Below, piece by piece: positions 29,920 to 40,407 of a DNA stretch of 64,000 nucleotides. How positions within the stretch are numbered: position 1 is the stretch's first letter; each line of letters begins with the position of its first letter. Position numbers and translations under genes: made by a program. Under the pieces are notes generated by a model. The model was not told the DNA's origin, made no database searches, and worked only from the letters and a program-made list of their open reading frames with translations. The DNA comes from an uncultured Actinomycetota bacterium (lineage in GTDB: Bacteria; Actinomycetota; Actinomycetes; JACCUZ01): positions 772,784-836,783 of the forward strand of contig CAVVSW010000005.1 in the NCBI GenBank assembly GCA_963751035.1, read 5' to 3'.

Positions 29920-31804
29920 TTAGGTCGCCGACTGGAGGAACTTCTTGGCGATCGGCCCCGCCGTCTTGCTGCCCGACTGGCCGTCCTCGACGAGGACGGC
30001 GAACGCCAGGTCGCCGCGGAAGCCGACCATCCAGGCATGGGTGTGCGGTGGCGACTCGGTGCCGTACTCCGCCGTCCCGGTCTTGGCACCGACCTGCGTC
30101 CCCGGCAGGTCCAGCACCTTGGCCGTGCCGCCGTTGACGGTGTCCTGCATGAGCGAGCGCACCGTGCCTGGCGACGTCCTTCGGGAGCGGTTCGAGCTTG
30201 TTGCCGGCCTCGCCCTGCGAGACGAGTGACGGTGACCTCGGCGTCCCGCTCTGGATCGCTGCCGCGACGACAGCCATCGCCAGCGGGCTCATCAGCACCT
30301 TGCCCTGTCCGATCGCCGACGCGGCCTTGTCGACGTCGCTCTCGGCTGCCGGCACCGAACCACTGAACGAGCCGACGCCGAGATCCCACTCGGCACCGAT
30401 CCCGAACAGCGCCGCCGTCTGGCTGATCGCGTCCGGCTCGAGCCGCTGGGTCGCGTTGATGAACGCGGTGTTGCACGACATCGCGAAGTCACGCGAGAAC
30501 GGGACGCGCCCGAGAGAGCCGAGGTCGTCGTAGTTCTTGAACCGCTTGCCGTCGACGGTCACCGAGGGCGGACACGCGACGACATCGTTCGGCTTGAGGC
30601 CGTCACGGAACAGGGCGGAGGCGGAGACGACCTTGAACGTGGAGCCGGGCGGGTACTGCCCGACCAGCGCCCGGTCGAACGCGCTGTCGGCCGGTGCGTT
30701 GGCGGCGGCGAGCACCTCGCCGGTGCTCGGCCGTACGGCCACCAGGGCGGCCGGCTTCGTCGCGCCGGCAAGAGCCCGCTCGGCCGCGGCCTGAAGGTCT
30801 CGGTCCAGCGTCGTGCGCAGTGGTGTGCCCTCGACACCGTCGAAGCTGTGCAGCACCTCGACGACCTCGGTGGTGGCGCGGTTGAGAAGGTGGACCTCAC
30901 CGGACGGCCGACCCGCGAGCTCGTCCTGGAACGCCAGCTGCAGGCCCGATGCGCCGAGGTAGTCCGTCGCGGCTGCCAGCGGACCGGCCTTGGCCAGGGT
31001 CTCCGCTGTCGCCTCCCGCACCGAGCCGAGCACCGCGCGGCCGTAGGTCGGTGTCGGCGCCAGGGTCCTGGTCTCGTCGCGGAACACGAGACCGGGAATG
31101 GCGCGCAGGGCGTCCTCGTCCTTGGCGAACTGCTCGCGGCGCAGGGTGATCGCCGGCACGAAGTGGTCGGGCTTGGCGGCCCTGACCCGGGCTTCGAGCT
31201 TGGCCGGGTCGACGTCGAGATCGGCCAGGGCGCGATAGGCCCGCTGCGGTGCGGTGAGCCGGCGCGGCTCGATCCCGATGTCGACGACGGGTCGCTCGGT
31301 CATCAGCGCCTGACCGTCGCGGTCGAGGATCGCGGCGCGCGCCGGGAGGGAACGGCTCCGGCCGAACCGGGTCTCCGCGGTGAGCTTGGGGTGTACGACG
31401 GCCGGCGACCACCGGACCACCCAGCGACTGGTGTCGCCGTCGCCGACACGTTGCATGGGGAGGGTGGCGGTGTAGGACCAGTCGCCGAGCCCGCGCAGGG
31501 TCAGGGTCATCGTGTAGGGCACCCGCGCCCGACCGTCGGTGGGCTGCGGCACCCGGCCCGCCTCGGCCCGGATCTTCGTCACGGCCAACGACTCGGTGAC
31601 CTCCGCTAGAAAGGGGTTTGCAGCGGCGGGGGTGTCGGTGCTGGCTGCCGCCTTGTCCAGAGCACCGTCGGACCAGGCGGTCAGGAAGGCCGCGGCCGCA
31701 GATCTCACCGCCGGGCGCTCGTCCTCGTCGCTGCAGGCTGTCGTCAGGCCGGCGACGACGCTGAGGGCAAGCACCGATGCGGCCAACCGTCGACCGCTGC
31801 GCAC
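29920..31804 (-). pseudogene. penicillin-binding protein (class B-like transpeptidase with NTF2-like N-terminal domain), one frame break
   Basis: GTG 31804 starts a lipoprotein-like signal (LALSVVAGLTTAC). SxxK (PPGSTFKVVSA), SxN (SCNTAF) and KTG (GAKTGTAEY) motifs are present. The last motif lies in ORF 29920-30162 after a jump near 30167. Confidence 0.8.
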
Positions 31805-31877
31805 GTCGTACCGTCCCTTCTGTGGCCTGATGAGCGGTTCATCCTGCCCGATGACCCCCGACCGGGAGACTGCACCC

Positions 31878-32678
31878 ATGCCGACCGACACCGCCGAGCT
31901 GCTCGGGATCGCGCAGCGCGCTGCCCACGCCGCCGCCGACCTGCTTCGCGACCGCCGGCCCCCGGGCGTGCTGGAGATCACCGCCACCAAGTCCAGCGCC
32001 ACCGACATCGTCACGGAGATGGACCAGGCCGCCGAGCGGCTCATCGTCGAGCAGATCCGCACCGCCCGCCCCGGCGACGGCTTCCTCGGCGAAGAGGGTG
32101 CCGACGACCAGGGCACGAGCGGCGTCACCTGGGTGATCGACCCCATCGACGGGACCGTCAACTACCTCTACGGCATCCCGGCCTACGCCGTCAGCATCGG
32201 GGTCCGTGAGGGATCGGACGTGGTCGCCGGCGTCGTGTGCAATCCCGCAACGGGCGAGACGTGGACGGCCCGAAGGGGGTTCGGCGCGGAGCTGGACGGG
32301 GCGCCGATCCAGGTGAGCCAGGTCAGCGAGCTGGCGATGGCGCTGGTCGCGACCGGGTTCGGCTACCAGGCGTCCCGGCGGGCCAGGCAGGCCGAGATCC
32401 TGCGGACCGTGCTGCCGCTCGTGCGCGACATCCGCCGCGCGGGGGCCGCCTCGCTGGACCTGTGCGCCCTCGCCTGCGGGCGGGTCGATGCCTACTACGA
32501 GCGTGGGCTCAAGCCGTGGGACCTCGCGGCCGGCGGCCTGATCGCGGTTGAGGCGGGCGCCCGGGTGGCGGGGCTGGGCGGCCGGCCGGCCGGCGAGGAC
32601 CTGGTCATCGCCGCCCCACCGGCGCTCTTCGGCCGGCTCGAGGCTCTCCTCGCCGAGCAGGGCGCGGACCGTGACTGA
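31878..32678 (+). CDS. suhB: inositol monophosphatase family protein
   Basis: FLGEEG, WVIDPIDGTVNY and WDLAAG motifs are present. An alternative start is ATG 31851. The symbol rests on family and synteny only. Confidence 0.82.
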   Translation: MPTDTAELLGIAQRAAHAAADLLRDRRPPGVLEITATKSSATDIVTEMDQAAERLIVEQIRTARPGDGFLGEEGADDQGTSGVTWVIDPIDGTVNYLYGIPAYAVSIGVREGSDVVAGVVCNPATGETWTARRGFGAELDGAPIQVSQVSELAMALVATGFGYQASRRARQAEILRTVLPLVRDIRRAGAASLDLCALACGRVDAYYERGLKPWDLAAGGLIAVEAGARVAGLGGRPAGEDLVIAAPPALFGRLEALLAEQGADRD

Positions 32679-32856
32679 GCGTGTTTCTCCCGGTTGACGC
32701 CGCTTTCCGCTACGATCCGCGCGCGCTGTCGCCGCCGCATCTGTTCAGGACCTCGGCAGTTGGGCACAAACCGGCGGCTCCAGGCGTTACACGCCCCGCA
32801 CAACCCCATTCGCTTCAACTGTGGCACCGCCACCCCTGGGAAGGGTGACTTACCTG

Positions 32857-33156
32857 ATGGCAACCGACTACGACTCCCCCCGCAAGACCGATGACGAGAT
32901 GTCCGAAGACAGCCTGGAAGAGCTGAAGGCTCGCCGGGCCGACAAGTCGGCCAGCGTCGTCGACGTCGACGAGGCCGACCTGGCCGAGTCCCTGGAGCTG
33001 CCGGGCGCCGACCTGTCCAACGAAGAGCTCTCCGTGCGCGTCCTGCCCCGGCAGGCTGACGAGTTCACGTGCTCACGCTGCTTCCTCGTGCATCACCGCA
33101 GCCAGCTCGCCAACACCAAGGGCGCCAAGCTCGTGTGCAAGGACTGCGCCGCCTGA
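32857..33156 (+). CDS. DUF4193-family protein
   Basis: MATDYDSPRKTDDE...ELPGADLSNEELSVRVLPRQADEFTCSRCFLVHHRSQL is characteristic of this conserved actinobacterial family. Confidence 0.75.
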   Translation: MATDYDSPRKTDDEMSEDSLEELKARRADKSASVVDVDEADLAESLELPGADLSNEELSVRVLPRQADEFTCSRCFLVHHRSQLANTKGAKLVCKDCAA

Positions 33157-33176
33157 GTCCGGGTAGGTCCGGACCT

Positions 33177-33941
33177 GTGCGACCCGACACCCCGGCAGAT
33201 CCCGACGACCCCGCCGCCCCGACCGATGACGAAGGTCGGGTCGGCGAGCTCGTCGCGCGGCTCGCCGACCCCACGCAGCCGGCCAGCCGGAGCGAGCAGA
33301 CCCGGGTCCTGGGCTCGCTGAGCAGGGCCCTGCTCGTGTCGGCCCGCGGCGCCGGCCGAGCCTCCGTGCTCGGTGGCCGCTGGCTCACCGACCTCCTCAT
33401 CGACACTGCTCCGCGGGTCCCCCTCCGCGACCAGGTGACCCTGCGCGCCCAGTTCCCCGGTGCCTCCGACGAGGAGCTGGCCGAGGCGCTGATCGCCGCC
33501 GCCGCCAAGGCCACCGGTGCGGTCGGCGCTGCCGGCGGTGCGCTGGCCGCGGTCCAGTTCACTGCGACGCCGTCGCTGATCACCACTCCGGTGCAGCTCG
33601 CCGCCGAGACATTGCTGGTCGCCGTGATCGAGATGAAGCTCATCGCCGAGCTGCACGAGATCTACGGCGCCGGTGTCGGCGGAACCGCCCGGGAGCGCGC
33701 GATGGCCTATCTGGTCGCCTGGACCAACCGCCGCGGCATCGACCCGCTCGACCCGGCCGGGATGCAGCTCGCCCTCGGCGTTGCCGCCAAGCGGGGGCTG
33801 CGCAAACGGCTCATCCGCCGGGCCGGCCGCAACCTGAGCACGCTGGGACCGATGATGACCGGCGCGATCGCCGGCAGCGTCGTCAACCACCGCGAGACCC
33901 GACGCGTCGGCTCGGAGGTCCGCGCCGACCTGCGCCGCTGA
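33177..33941 (+). CDS. hypothetical protein (Ala-rich, conserved actinobacterial)
   Basis: GTG 33177. Coding-like codon bias, and it fills the gap between its neighbours. I recognise no domain. Confidence 0.5.
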   Translation: MRPDTPADPDDPAAPTDDEGRVGELVARLADPTQPASRSEQTRVLGSLSRALLVSARGAGRASVLGGRWLTDLLIDTAPRVPLRDQVTLRAQFPGASDEELAEALIAAAAKATGAVGAAGGALAAVQFTATPSLITTPVQLAAETLLVAVIEMKLIAELHEIYGAGVGGTARERAMAYLVAWTNRRGIDPLDPAGMQLALGVAAKRGLRKRLIRRAGRNLSTLGPMMTGAIAGSVVNHRETRRVGSEVRADLRR

Positions 33942-33944
33942 CCG

Positions 33945-34403
33945 TCAGCGATCCGGACGGGCCGCCTCGATCGCCGCCGCGAGCGCCTGCGGCTGACGGG
34001 TCGCGACGAACCAGTACGGCGTGCGGTCGGCCGGGTCGGTCACGGCCATCTTGACGCCGCCCGCTACCCAACCCCGGATCAGGTGATAGCCGGCGGGATC
34101 CGACTCCGGACCACGCACCGCACGTGCCTCCGCGGGGTCCAGCGGCTGGGCAGGACCCAGGTGCTCCAGCGGGATGCGGGCCCGCCCCGCCACCAGCTCA
34201 CCGCCGGACACCCGGATCCGCGCGGCCGAGCTGATCAGCCCCCAGGTCATCAGCGCCCCCGGCGCCACCAGGGCGATCAGGCCCCAGACCGGTCCGAGCG
34301 CGGCATGCACCGACACCGCCAGCAGCCCGACGAACAGCCACCCCACCACCCACAGCCACCAGGGCGGCCACAGCCGCTCGTCGTACGTCGTCGCAGGGCG
34401 CAT
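33945..34403 (-). CDS. DUF3093-domain membrane protein
   Basis: MRPATTYDERLWPPWWLWVVGWLFVGLLAVSVH...YHLIRGWV...PYWFVATRQPQAL is present. Confidence 0.7.
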   Translation of the reverse strand: MRPATTYDERLWPPWWLWVVGWLFVGLLAVSVHAALGPVWGLIALVAPGALMTWGLISSAARIRVSGGELVAGRARIPLEHLGPAQPLDPAEARAVRGPESDPAGYHLIRGWVAGGVKMAVTDPADRTPYWFVATRQPQALAAAIEAARPDR

Positions 34404-34455
34404 GGGCCAAGAGTCGCATTTCGGTCCTTTCACGGCGTCGGCTAGCGTCTGCGCC

Positions 34456-36102
34456 ATGCCGATTCCCACCAGCGACCGGCCCTTCGACCGGCTCGCCAGT
34501 GAGCTGGTTGCCGACCAGCTCGCCGCAGACCCGACGCTGGGCAGCACGCTCGGCCTGACCGAGTACGACGAGCTGCTCCCGGATCTGTCCGCGGAGGCCA
34601 TCGCTGCTCACGAGCGGTCCGAGGACGCCTGGCTCGAGCGCTTCCGCGCCCTGCCCGACGCCGACCTGGACGCCGACGAGCAGATCGACCGGGATCTGGT
34701 CGTGATGGTCCTGCAAGGGCGGGCGGCCAAGCGCGACTGGGCCGACTGGCGCCGCAGCCCCGACCTCTACGCCGGCACCGCCCTCTCCAGCGTGTTCGGC
34801 CTGCTGATGTACCGGCTCCGGCCGGAGCCCGAGCTGGCGGCCGCGGTGGCGGCTCGCCTGACAGCCACCCCGAGGCTGCTCGAGCAGGGCATCGCCAACC
34901 TCGACCCCGCGTTCGCCCACCCCGCCCTGGTGCGGCGGGCTCTCGGGATGGCCACGGCCGGCGCGGTGTACGCGCGGGCGGTATCGGCCGAGATCGAGGA
35001 TGAGCAGGGCCGGGCGCTGGTCGCAGCAGCCGGCGAGACGGCGGGTGCCGCGTTCGAGGGGTTCGGCGCTCATCTGGAGACGCTGGCCGAGGCCGCGCAC
35101 GGCGAGTGGGCGATCGGCGAGGACAGGTACGACGCCCTGCTGCGCAACGCCGAGGGGCTGTCCTACGGCACCCGCGAGCTGCGCGGCCGCGGGCAGGTCG
35201 CCTACGACGAGCTCGCGACGGACATGCGCGAGCGCGCCGAGAAGCTGCGTGGTGACGACGACTGGAGGGCGCTGCTCGACGAGCTGAGCGCCGACCATCC
35301 GGAGACGCCCGAGGAGATGCTGTCGCTCTACCGCGAGGCGACCGCGAGCGCCCGCGAGTTCTGCGTCGACAACGAGCTCGTGACCATGCCGCCGGGGGAG
35401 CGGTGCGAGGTCGTGCCGTCGGCGCCTTTCACCCGCGCGATGGTGGCCGTGGCGCACTACTCGGTGCCACCGCCCTTCGCGCCCGGCGACCACGCCGGCC
35501 ACTTCTTCGTGCCCTACCCGCCCGACGGCGCGACGCCCGAGCAGGTCGCGGCCCGGCTCGCGACCAACAACCGCCACGGCCTGTGGTCGATCACCGTGCA
35601 CGAGGCCTACCCCGGCCACCACTGGCACTTCGCCTGGCTGGCCGGAAACCCCGACAACCCGGGCCGCCGCGCCCTGCGGGCGGTGTTCGGCTCGACCTAC
35701 TTCGTCGAGGGCTGGGGCCTCTACACCGAGGACCTGTTGCGCGAGCAGGGCTTCTTCGCCACCCCAGAGCAGGAGCTGTGCCAGCGCGACTTCCGGCTGT
35801 TCCGCGCCGCCCGCATCATCGTGGACACCTCGCTGCACCTCGGCGAGATGACCATCGAGGAGGCCGTCGACTTCATGTCGACCAAGGCGTCGCTCTCGCG
35901 GGACACCGCCCAGGCCGAGGTGCTGCGCTACTGCGCCTGGCCGACCCAGGCGTCGTCGTACCTGACCGGGGCGCTCGAGCTGGAGCGGATGCGGCAGCGC
36001 TGGTTCAACGAGGCCCGCGGCTCGCTGCGCGACTTCCACGACCGTGCGGCGGGGTCCGGCCGGCTGCCCATCTCGCTGGTCGAACGCGCGCTGTTCGGGT
36101 GA
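34456..36102 (+). CDS. DUF885-domain protein (putative metallopeptidase-like)
   Basis: 548 aa. It contains HEAYPGHHWH and TYFVEGWGLYTEDL motifs. Confidence 0.8.
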   Translation: MPIPTSDRPFDRLASELVADQLAADPTLGSTLGLTEYDELLPDLSAEAIAAHERSEDAWLERFRALPDADLDADEQIDRDLVVMVLQGRAAKRDWADWRRSPDLYAGTALSSVFGLLMYRLRPEPELAAAVAARLTATPRLLEQGIANLDPAFAHPALVRRALGMATAGAVYARAVSAEIEDEQGRALVAAAGETAGAAFEGFGAHLETLAEAAHGEWAIGEDRYDALLRNAEGLSYGTRELRGRGQVAYDELATDMRERAEKLRGDDDWRALLDELSADHPETPEEMLSLYREATASAREFCVDNELVTMPPGERCEVVPSAPFTRAMVAVAHYSVPPPFAPGDHAGHFFVPYPPDGATPEQVAARLATNNRHGLWSITVHEAYPGHHWHFAWLAGNPDNPGRRALRAVFGSTYFVEGWGLYTEDLLREQGFFATPEQELCQRDFRLFRAARIIVDTSLHLGEMTIEEAVDFMSTKASLSRDTAQAEVLRYCAWPTQASSYLTGALELERMRQRWFNEARGSLRDFHDRAAGSGRLPISLVERALFG

Positions 36103-36128
36103 GCGACGCGCGCGGGTAGGTTCAGCGC

Positions 36129-36719
36129 GTGACGTCGTCTGCCCGGGTGCGCAGCACGGTGCCGCCCGACAACGCACCGCCGCCCGCCCGCCACCCCGGG
36201 GCACCCGAGCCCGGCACTGTCCTGGACTCCCACTACGCCCACTGCTTCGGCTGCGGCGAGCGGCACCCGACCGGGCTGCACATGCACGTGACGGCAGGCG
36301 AGGGTGTTTCCATCACGGGCGAGTTCGTCGTCACCGCCGACCACCAGGGCGCACCGGGGCTCGCCCACGGCGGCCTGCTGACGGCTGCCTTCGACGAGAC
36401 GTTGGGCATGCTGATGTGGCTGTTGCAGACCCCCGCCGTCACGGCGCGGCTGGAGACCGACTTCCACCGGCCGGTCCCGGTCGGCAGCACGCTGCACATC
36501 GCGGCGCACGCCTCGGCGGTGCGGGGGCGCAAGGTGTTCACTGAGGCCGTCGGCCGGCTGGGCGGACCCGACGGACCGCTGGCCGTCCGCGCGCGGGCGC
36601 TCTTCGTGCAGGTCGACATCGCGCACTTCACCTCGCACGGGCGGCCCGAGGACATCGACGCCGTACGACGTGACCCGAGCTTGCACCGCACGGGCGAGGC
36701 GTTCGAGGTCAACCCGTGA
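36129..36719 (+). CDS. PaaI-family (hotdog-fold) thioesterase
   Basis: [15 protein letters not shown] and [16 protein letters not shown] are present. The stop overlaps the dut start. Confidence 0.7.
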   Translation: MTSSARVRSTVPPDNAPPPARHPGAPEPGTVLDSHYAHCFGCGERHPTGLHMHVTAGEGVSITGEFVVTADHQGAPGLAHGGLLTAAFDETLGMLMWLLQTPAVTARLETDFHRPVPVGSTLHIAAHASAVRGRKVFTEAVGRLGGPDGPLAVRARALFVQVDIAHFTSHGRPEDIDAVRRDPSLHRTGEAFEVNP

Positions 36720-37192
36720 GCGAGCCCGTCGAGATCCTGATCCAGCGGCTGGACCCAGACCTGCCGATGCCGGCGTACGCGCATCCGGGCGATGCCGGGG
36801 CCGACCTCACGTCCGCCGTCGACGTCGAGCTGGCCCCGGGGCAGCGGGCCCTGGTGCCGACCGGCATCGCGGTGGCGCTGCCCGACGGCTACGCGGCGTT
36901 CGTGCATCCCCGGTCCGGTCTCGCCGTGCGGGCCGGCGTGGGCATCGTCAACGCCCCGGGCACGGTCGACGCCGGCTACCGCGGTGAGATCAAGGTGCTG
37001 CTCGTCAACCACGACACGACCGAGCCGGTGCGGCTCCGTCGCGGTGACCGCATCGCCCAGCTGGTGATCCAGCGGGTCGAGAAGGCTCGATTCTCCGAGG
37101 TGAAGTTGCTGCCGGGGTCGGCAAGGGGCGAGGGTGGTTACGGTTCGACCGGCGGGTTCGGCTCGACAGGTTCTGACAGGAGCAACGTGTGA
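36716..37192 (+). CDS. dut: dUTP diphosphatase
   Basis: [21 protein letters not shown] and a C-terminal GGFGSTG are the classic dUTPase motifs. Confidence 0.93.
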   Translation: MSEPVEILIQRLDPDLPMPAYAHPGDAGADLTSAVDVELAPGQRALVPTGIAVALPDGYAAFVHPRSGLAVRAGVGIVNAPGTVDAGYRGEIKVLLVNHDTTEPVRLRRGDRIAQLVIQRVEKARFSEVKLLPGSARGEGGYGSTGGFGSTGSDRSNV

Positions 37193-37935
37193 GCAGGTTC
37201 CGGCGACGTGGTCGCGACGACGAGACACCCGACGACGCGACCGACGCAGGCAACGAGGAGACCAGCCCGGACGACGGCGAGTCCGGCGACAACCTCGACG
37301 CGCCCTCGACAGCAGGTCGGCGCGCCGAGGGTCCGTGGGACGTCTCGGAGGTCGACGACCCGGCCGACGGACGGGTCAGCCTGGGCGCGCTGTGGATCCC
37401 GGGCCGTCCCGGCCTGGAGCTGAGGGTGGAGGCCGACCCCGCCACGAACGTCGTGATCGCGGTCGTCCTGGTCATGGGCACGAGTGCCCTGCAGGTGCAA
37501 CCGTTCGCGGCGCCGCGGTCAGAGGGCATCTGGACCGACGTGCGCACCGAGATCAAGGCCGGCATCACCAAGGAAGGAGGGACGGCCGACGAGGTCGAGG
37601 GACCGTTCGGGCCGGAGCTGCGCACCAACCTGCAGGTCAAGGGGCCGGACGGGAGGTCCGAGGCGCAGCGCGGTCGGTTCATCGGTGTCGACGGGCCGCG
37701 CTGGTTCCTGCGCGGTGTGCTGACCGGGGACGCCGTCACCTCGGACGAGGCGGCCGCCGAGCTGCTGGAGGTGTTCCGCGACGTCGTCGTCGTGCGCGGA
37801 GCCGACGCGATGGCTCCGCGCGACCCGATCCCGCTCCGGCTGCCGACGCAGGCCACCGCGGAGGACGAGGCAGAGCCTGATCGCGACCCGCTGCGCCCGT
37901 TCGAGCGCGGACCGGAGATCACCGAGATCCACTGA
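37189..37935 (+). CDS. DUF3710-domain protein
   Basis: GTG overlaps the dut stop (GTGA). [11 protein letters not shown]...[19 protein letters not shown]...[15 protein letters not shown] is present. Confidence 0.75.
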   Translation: MSRFRRRGRDDETPDDATDAGNEETSPDDGESGDNLDAPSTAGRRAEGPWDVSEVDDPADGRVSLGALWIPGRPGLELRVEADPATNVVIAVVLVMGTSALQVQPFAAPRSEGIWTDVRTEIKAGITKEGGTADEVEGPFGPELRTNLQVKGPDGRSEAQRGRFIGVDGPRWFLRGVLTGDAVTSDEAAAELLEVFRDVVVVRGADAMAPRDPIPLRLPTQATAEDEAEPDRDPLRPFERGPEITEIH

Positions 37936-37971
37936 GGCCGCGAACCGGCCAACTGACATACGCTGCAGGGT

Positions 37972-38355
37972 ATGAGCGCGCATTCGCCCGGCGTCGTCCG
38001 TCGCACGTTGTCGCGGCTGGCCACCTCGGCCAAGGAGCACGAGGCGGCCGAGCTGCGCGAGGGTTGTGTCCACGTCGGGGCCACCTTGGTGGCCGACCTG
38101 ACGGCGCGCGAACAGGTCGTCGTGGCCGGCACGCTGCGCACGGTCACCCTGCGCCCCCGCGCAGGTGTGCCGGCACTTGTCGCCGAGCTCTACGACGGAA
38201 GCGGCACGATCTCGATCGTCTGGCTCGGCCGGCGCCAGATCGTGGGCATCGAGCCCGGACGTTCCCTGAAGTGCTGGGGGCGGGTCAGCCTCGACCACGA
38301 CCGACCGGTGATCTTCAACCCGCGCTACGAGCTGCTGCCCGCGGGCGCCGAGTGA
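37972..38355 (+). CDS. OB-fold nucleic-acid-binding domain protein
   Basis: VVVAGTLRTVTLRPRAGVPALVAELYDGSGTISIVWLGRR...FNPRYELL is present. Confidence 0.7.
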   Translation: MSAHSPGVVRRTLSRLATSAKEHEAAELREGCVHVGATLVADLTAREQVVVAGTLRTVTLRPRAGVPALVAELYDGSGTISIVWLGRRQIVGIEPGRSLKCWGRVSLDHDRPVIFNPRYELLPAGAE

Positions 38356-39008
38356 GCCAACCGCACGCTGCGGTCGACGCGCTCACGGTCGAGGAAGTCA
38401 TCCGGCACAAGTTGTCGCAGGCACTCGGCGGAAAGCGCGGCATGGCCGAGGGCGCCATCCCGACGCTCGGGTTCACCCTCACCTACATCCTGTCCAAGGA
38501 GCTGGAGCTCGCGCTGGCCGTCGGGGCGGCGCTGGCCGTGGTCGCCCTCGTCGTCCGCATCGTGCAGAAGCAGCCGGTGCAGTTCGTCGTCAACAGCATG
38601 GTGGGCATCGCGATCGCAGCCGTCTTCGCACTGCGGTCCGGTAAGGCGGAGGACGTGTTCCTGCCCGGCATCATCTACAACGCTGCCTACGCGGCGCTGA
38701 TGACGGTGTCGATCCTGGTGCGGTGGCCGGTCGTGGGACTCATGATCGGCTCGGTCACCGGCGACCTGTCGGGCTGGCGCAGCAACCCGGGCATCGTCAA
38801 GCTGTGCAGCCGGCTCACCTGGTTGCTCGTGCTGCCGTGCGCGATCCGGGTCGCCGTGCAGTACCCGCTCTACCTTGCGGGCGAGGTCGGCTGGCTCGGT
38901 GCCACGAAGATCGCCCTCGGCTGGCCGTTGCAGATCGCGGCGCTCTCGGCGATGGCCGTGCTGCTCGCCCGTGGCCGGACCCCGCTTGAGGAGCCGACCT
39001 CGCCCTGA
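38352..39008 (+). CDS. DUF3159-domain membrane protein
   Basis: GTG overlaps the upstream stop (GTGA). It has multiple TM segments and a GGKRGMAEGAIPTLGFT motif. Confidence 0.7.
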   Translation: MSQPHAAVDALTVEEVIRHKLSQALGGKRGMAEGAIPTLGFTLTYILSKELELALAVGAALAVVALVVRIVQKQPVQFVVNSMVGIAIAAVFALRSGKAEDVFLPGIIYNAAYAALMTVSILVRWPVVGLMIGSVTGDLSGWRSNPGIVKLCSRLTWLLVLPCAIRVAVQYPLYLAGEVGWLGATKIALGWPLQIAALSAMAVLLARGRTPLEEPTSP

Positions 39009-39014
39009 CGCGGG

Positions 39015-39680
39015 TCAGCGCACGTGCGGGGCGAGCAGGTCCTCGAGCTCGGAGGCCATCTCGGCGACCGCCACGAAGAGCAGCTCGTCGCCCGCCTCCA
39101 GTGGCTGGTCGGGGCTGGGCACGATGGGCCGCTGCTCGCGGATGATCGCCACCAGCGCGGTGTCCTGCGGCCAGGCGATGTCCCCGACGCGCTTCCCGAC
39201 GGTCGGTGAGTCGCTGGGCAGCGTCAGCTCGAGGATGTCGGTGTCGGACTGCTGGAAGTGGAAGATGCGCACGATGTCGCCGACGCTGACGGCCTCCTCG
39301 ACGAGGGCGGTCATGATGCGCGGCGTCGACACCGCGACGTCGACACCCCACGCCTCGTCGAACATCCACTCGTTCTTCGGGTTGTTCACCCGCGCCACGG
39401 TGCGCGGCACGCCGTACTCCGTCTTGGCGATCAACGAGACGACGAGGTTGACCTTGTCGTCGCCCGTCGCGGCGACCACGACCTGACAGTGGCTCAGGCC
39501 CGCCTCCTCCAAGGACGTGATCTCGCACGCGTCTGCGAGCAGCCACTCGGCGTTGGGCACCGACGAGACCTTGATGGCGTCGGGCGAGCGGTCGATCAGC
39601 AGCACCTCGTGACCGTTCTCGAGCAGCTCCCTGGCGACCGAGCGACCGACACTGCCCGCACCGGCGATGGCAACGCGCAT
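39015..39680 (-). CDS. trkA: TrkA-family (RCK) potassium uptake protein
   Basis: MRVAIAGAGSVGRSVARELLENGHEVLLID forms a Rossmann fold, and there is a TrkA-C domain. The start overlaps the upstream stop. Confidence 0.85.
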   Translation of the reverse strand: MRVAIAGAGSVGRSVARELLENGHEVLLIDRSPDAIKVSSVPNAEWLLADACEITSLEEAGLSHCQVVVAATGDDKVNLVVSLIAKTEYGVPRTVARVNNPKNEWMFDEAWGVDVAVSTPRIMTALVEEAVSVGDIVRIFHFQQSDTDILELTLPSDSPTVGKRVGDIAWPQDTALVAIIREQRPIVPSPDQPLEAGDELLFVAVAEMASELEDLLAPHVR

Positions 39681-40342
39681 CAGGAGTCCTCCGGGCGGCT
39701 GCGGAAGGCCTGCTCGACCGCCTCGGCGTCCGTGTCCCGCATGACCACGTGGACGATGTCGCCGTCCTGGATCACGGTGTCCTCGACGGGCAGCACCCCT
39801 TCGCCGAACCTCGTCAGGAACGCGACCCTCGCCTTGGCGGTCTTCTCCAGCAGCGTGACCCGTTCCCCGACCCAGCTGTTGTCGACCTCGACCTCGGCGA
39901 GACGCACGGTGCCGCTCGGGTCGCGCCACTCCGGCTCCGCGCCGTGGGGGAGCAGCCGCCGCATGATCTGGTCGGCTGTCCACCGGACGGTCGCGACGGT
40001 GGGGATGCCGAGCCGCTGGTAGACCTCGGCGCGGCCGGGGTCGTAGATGCGCGCGACGACGTTGTCGACGCCGAACGTCTCTCGGGCCACCCGGGCAGCC
40101 AGGATGTTGGAGTTGTCGCCGCTGCTGACCGCTGCGAACGCCTCGGCGTCCTCGACGTTCGCCTCGCGCAGGGTGTCGCGGTCGAAGCCGATGCCGGTGA
40201 CCGTCGTGCCCTTGAAGTGTGGGCCGAGCCGGCGGAAGGCTTCGGGGTTGCGGTCGACGACGGCCACGCTGTGGTTCTGGCCATCCAGGATGTGCGCCAA
40301 CGTCGAGCCCACCCGGCCGCAGCCCATGATGACGAAGTGCAC
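39680..40342 (-). CDS. trkA: TrkA-family (RCK) potassium uptake protein
   Basis: GTG 40342 starts VHFVIMGCGRVGSTLAHILDGQNHSVAVVD. There is a TrkA-C domain. Confidence 0.85.
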   Translation of the reverse strand: MHFVIMGCGRVGSTLAHILDGQNHSVAVVDRNPEAFRRLGPHFKGTTVTGIGFDRDTLREANVEDAEAFAAVSSGDNSNILAARVARETFGVDNVVARIYDPGRAEVYQRLGIPTVATVRWTADQIMRRLLPHGAEPEWRDPSGTVRLAEVEVDNSWVGERVTLLEKTAKARVAFLTRFGEGVLPVEDTVIQDGDIVHVVMRDTDAEAVEQAFRSRPEDS

Positions 40343-40407
40343 GGGGCGACGGTACACGGTGCGGCGGCTCGCCGAGGGTGGCCGCCGGGGGCCTAGCATG
40401 CGGCCTT

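Noticed and set aside
32693-32717. TTGACG ... TACGAT promoter upstream of the DUF4193 gene.
   Set aside because: The hexamers are separated by only 11 nt, which is incompatible with a -35/-10 pair.
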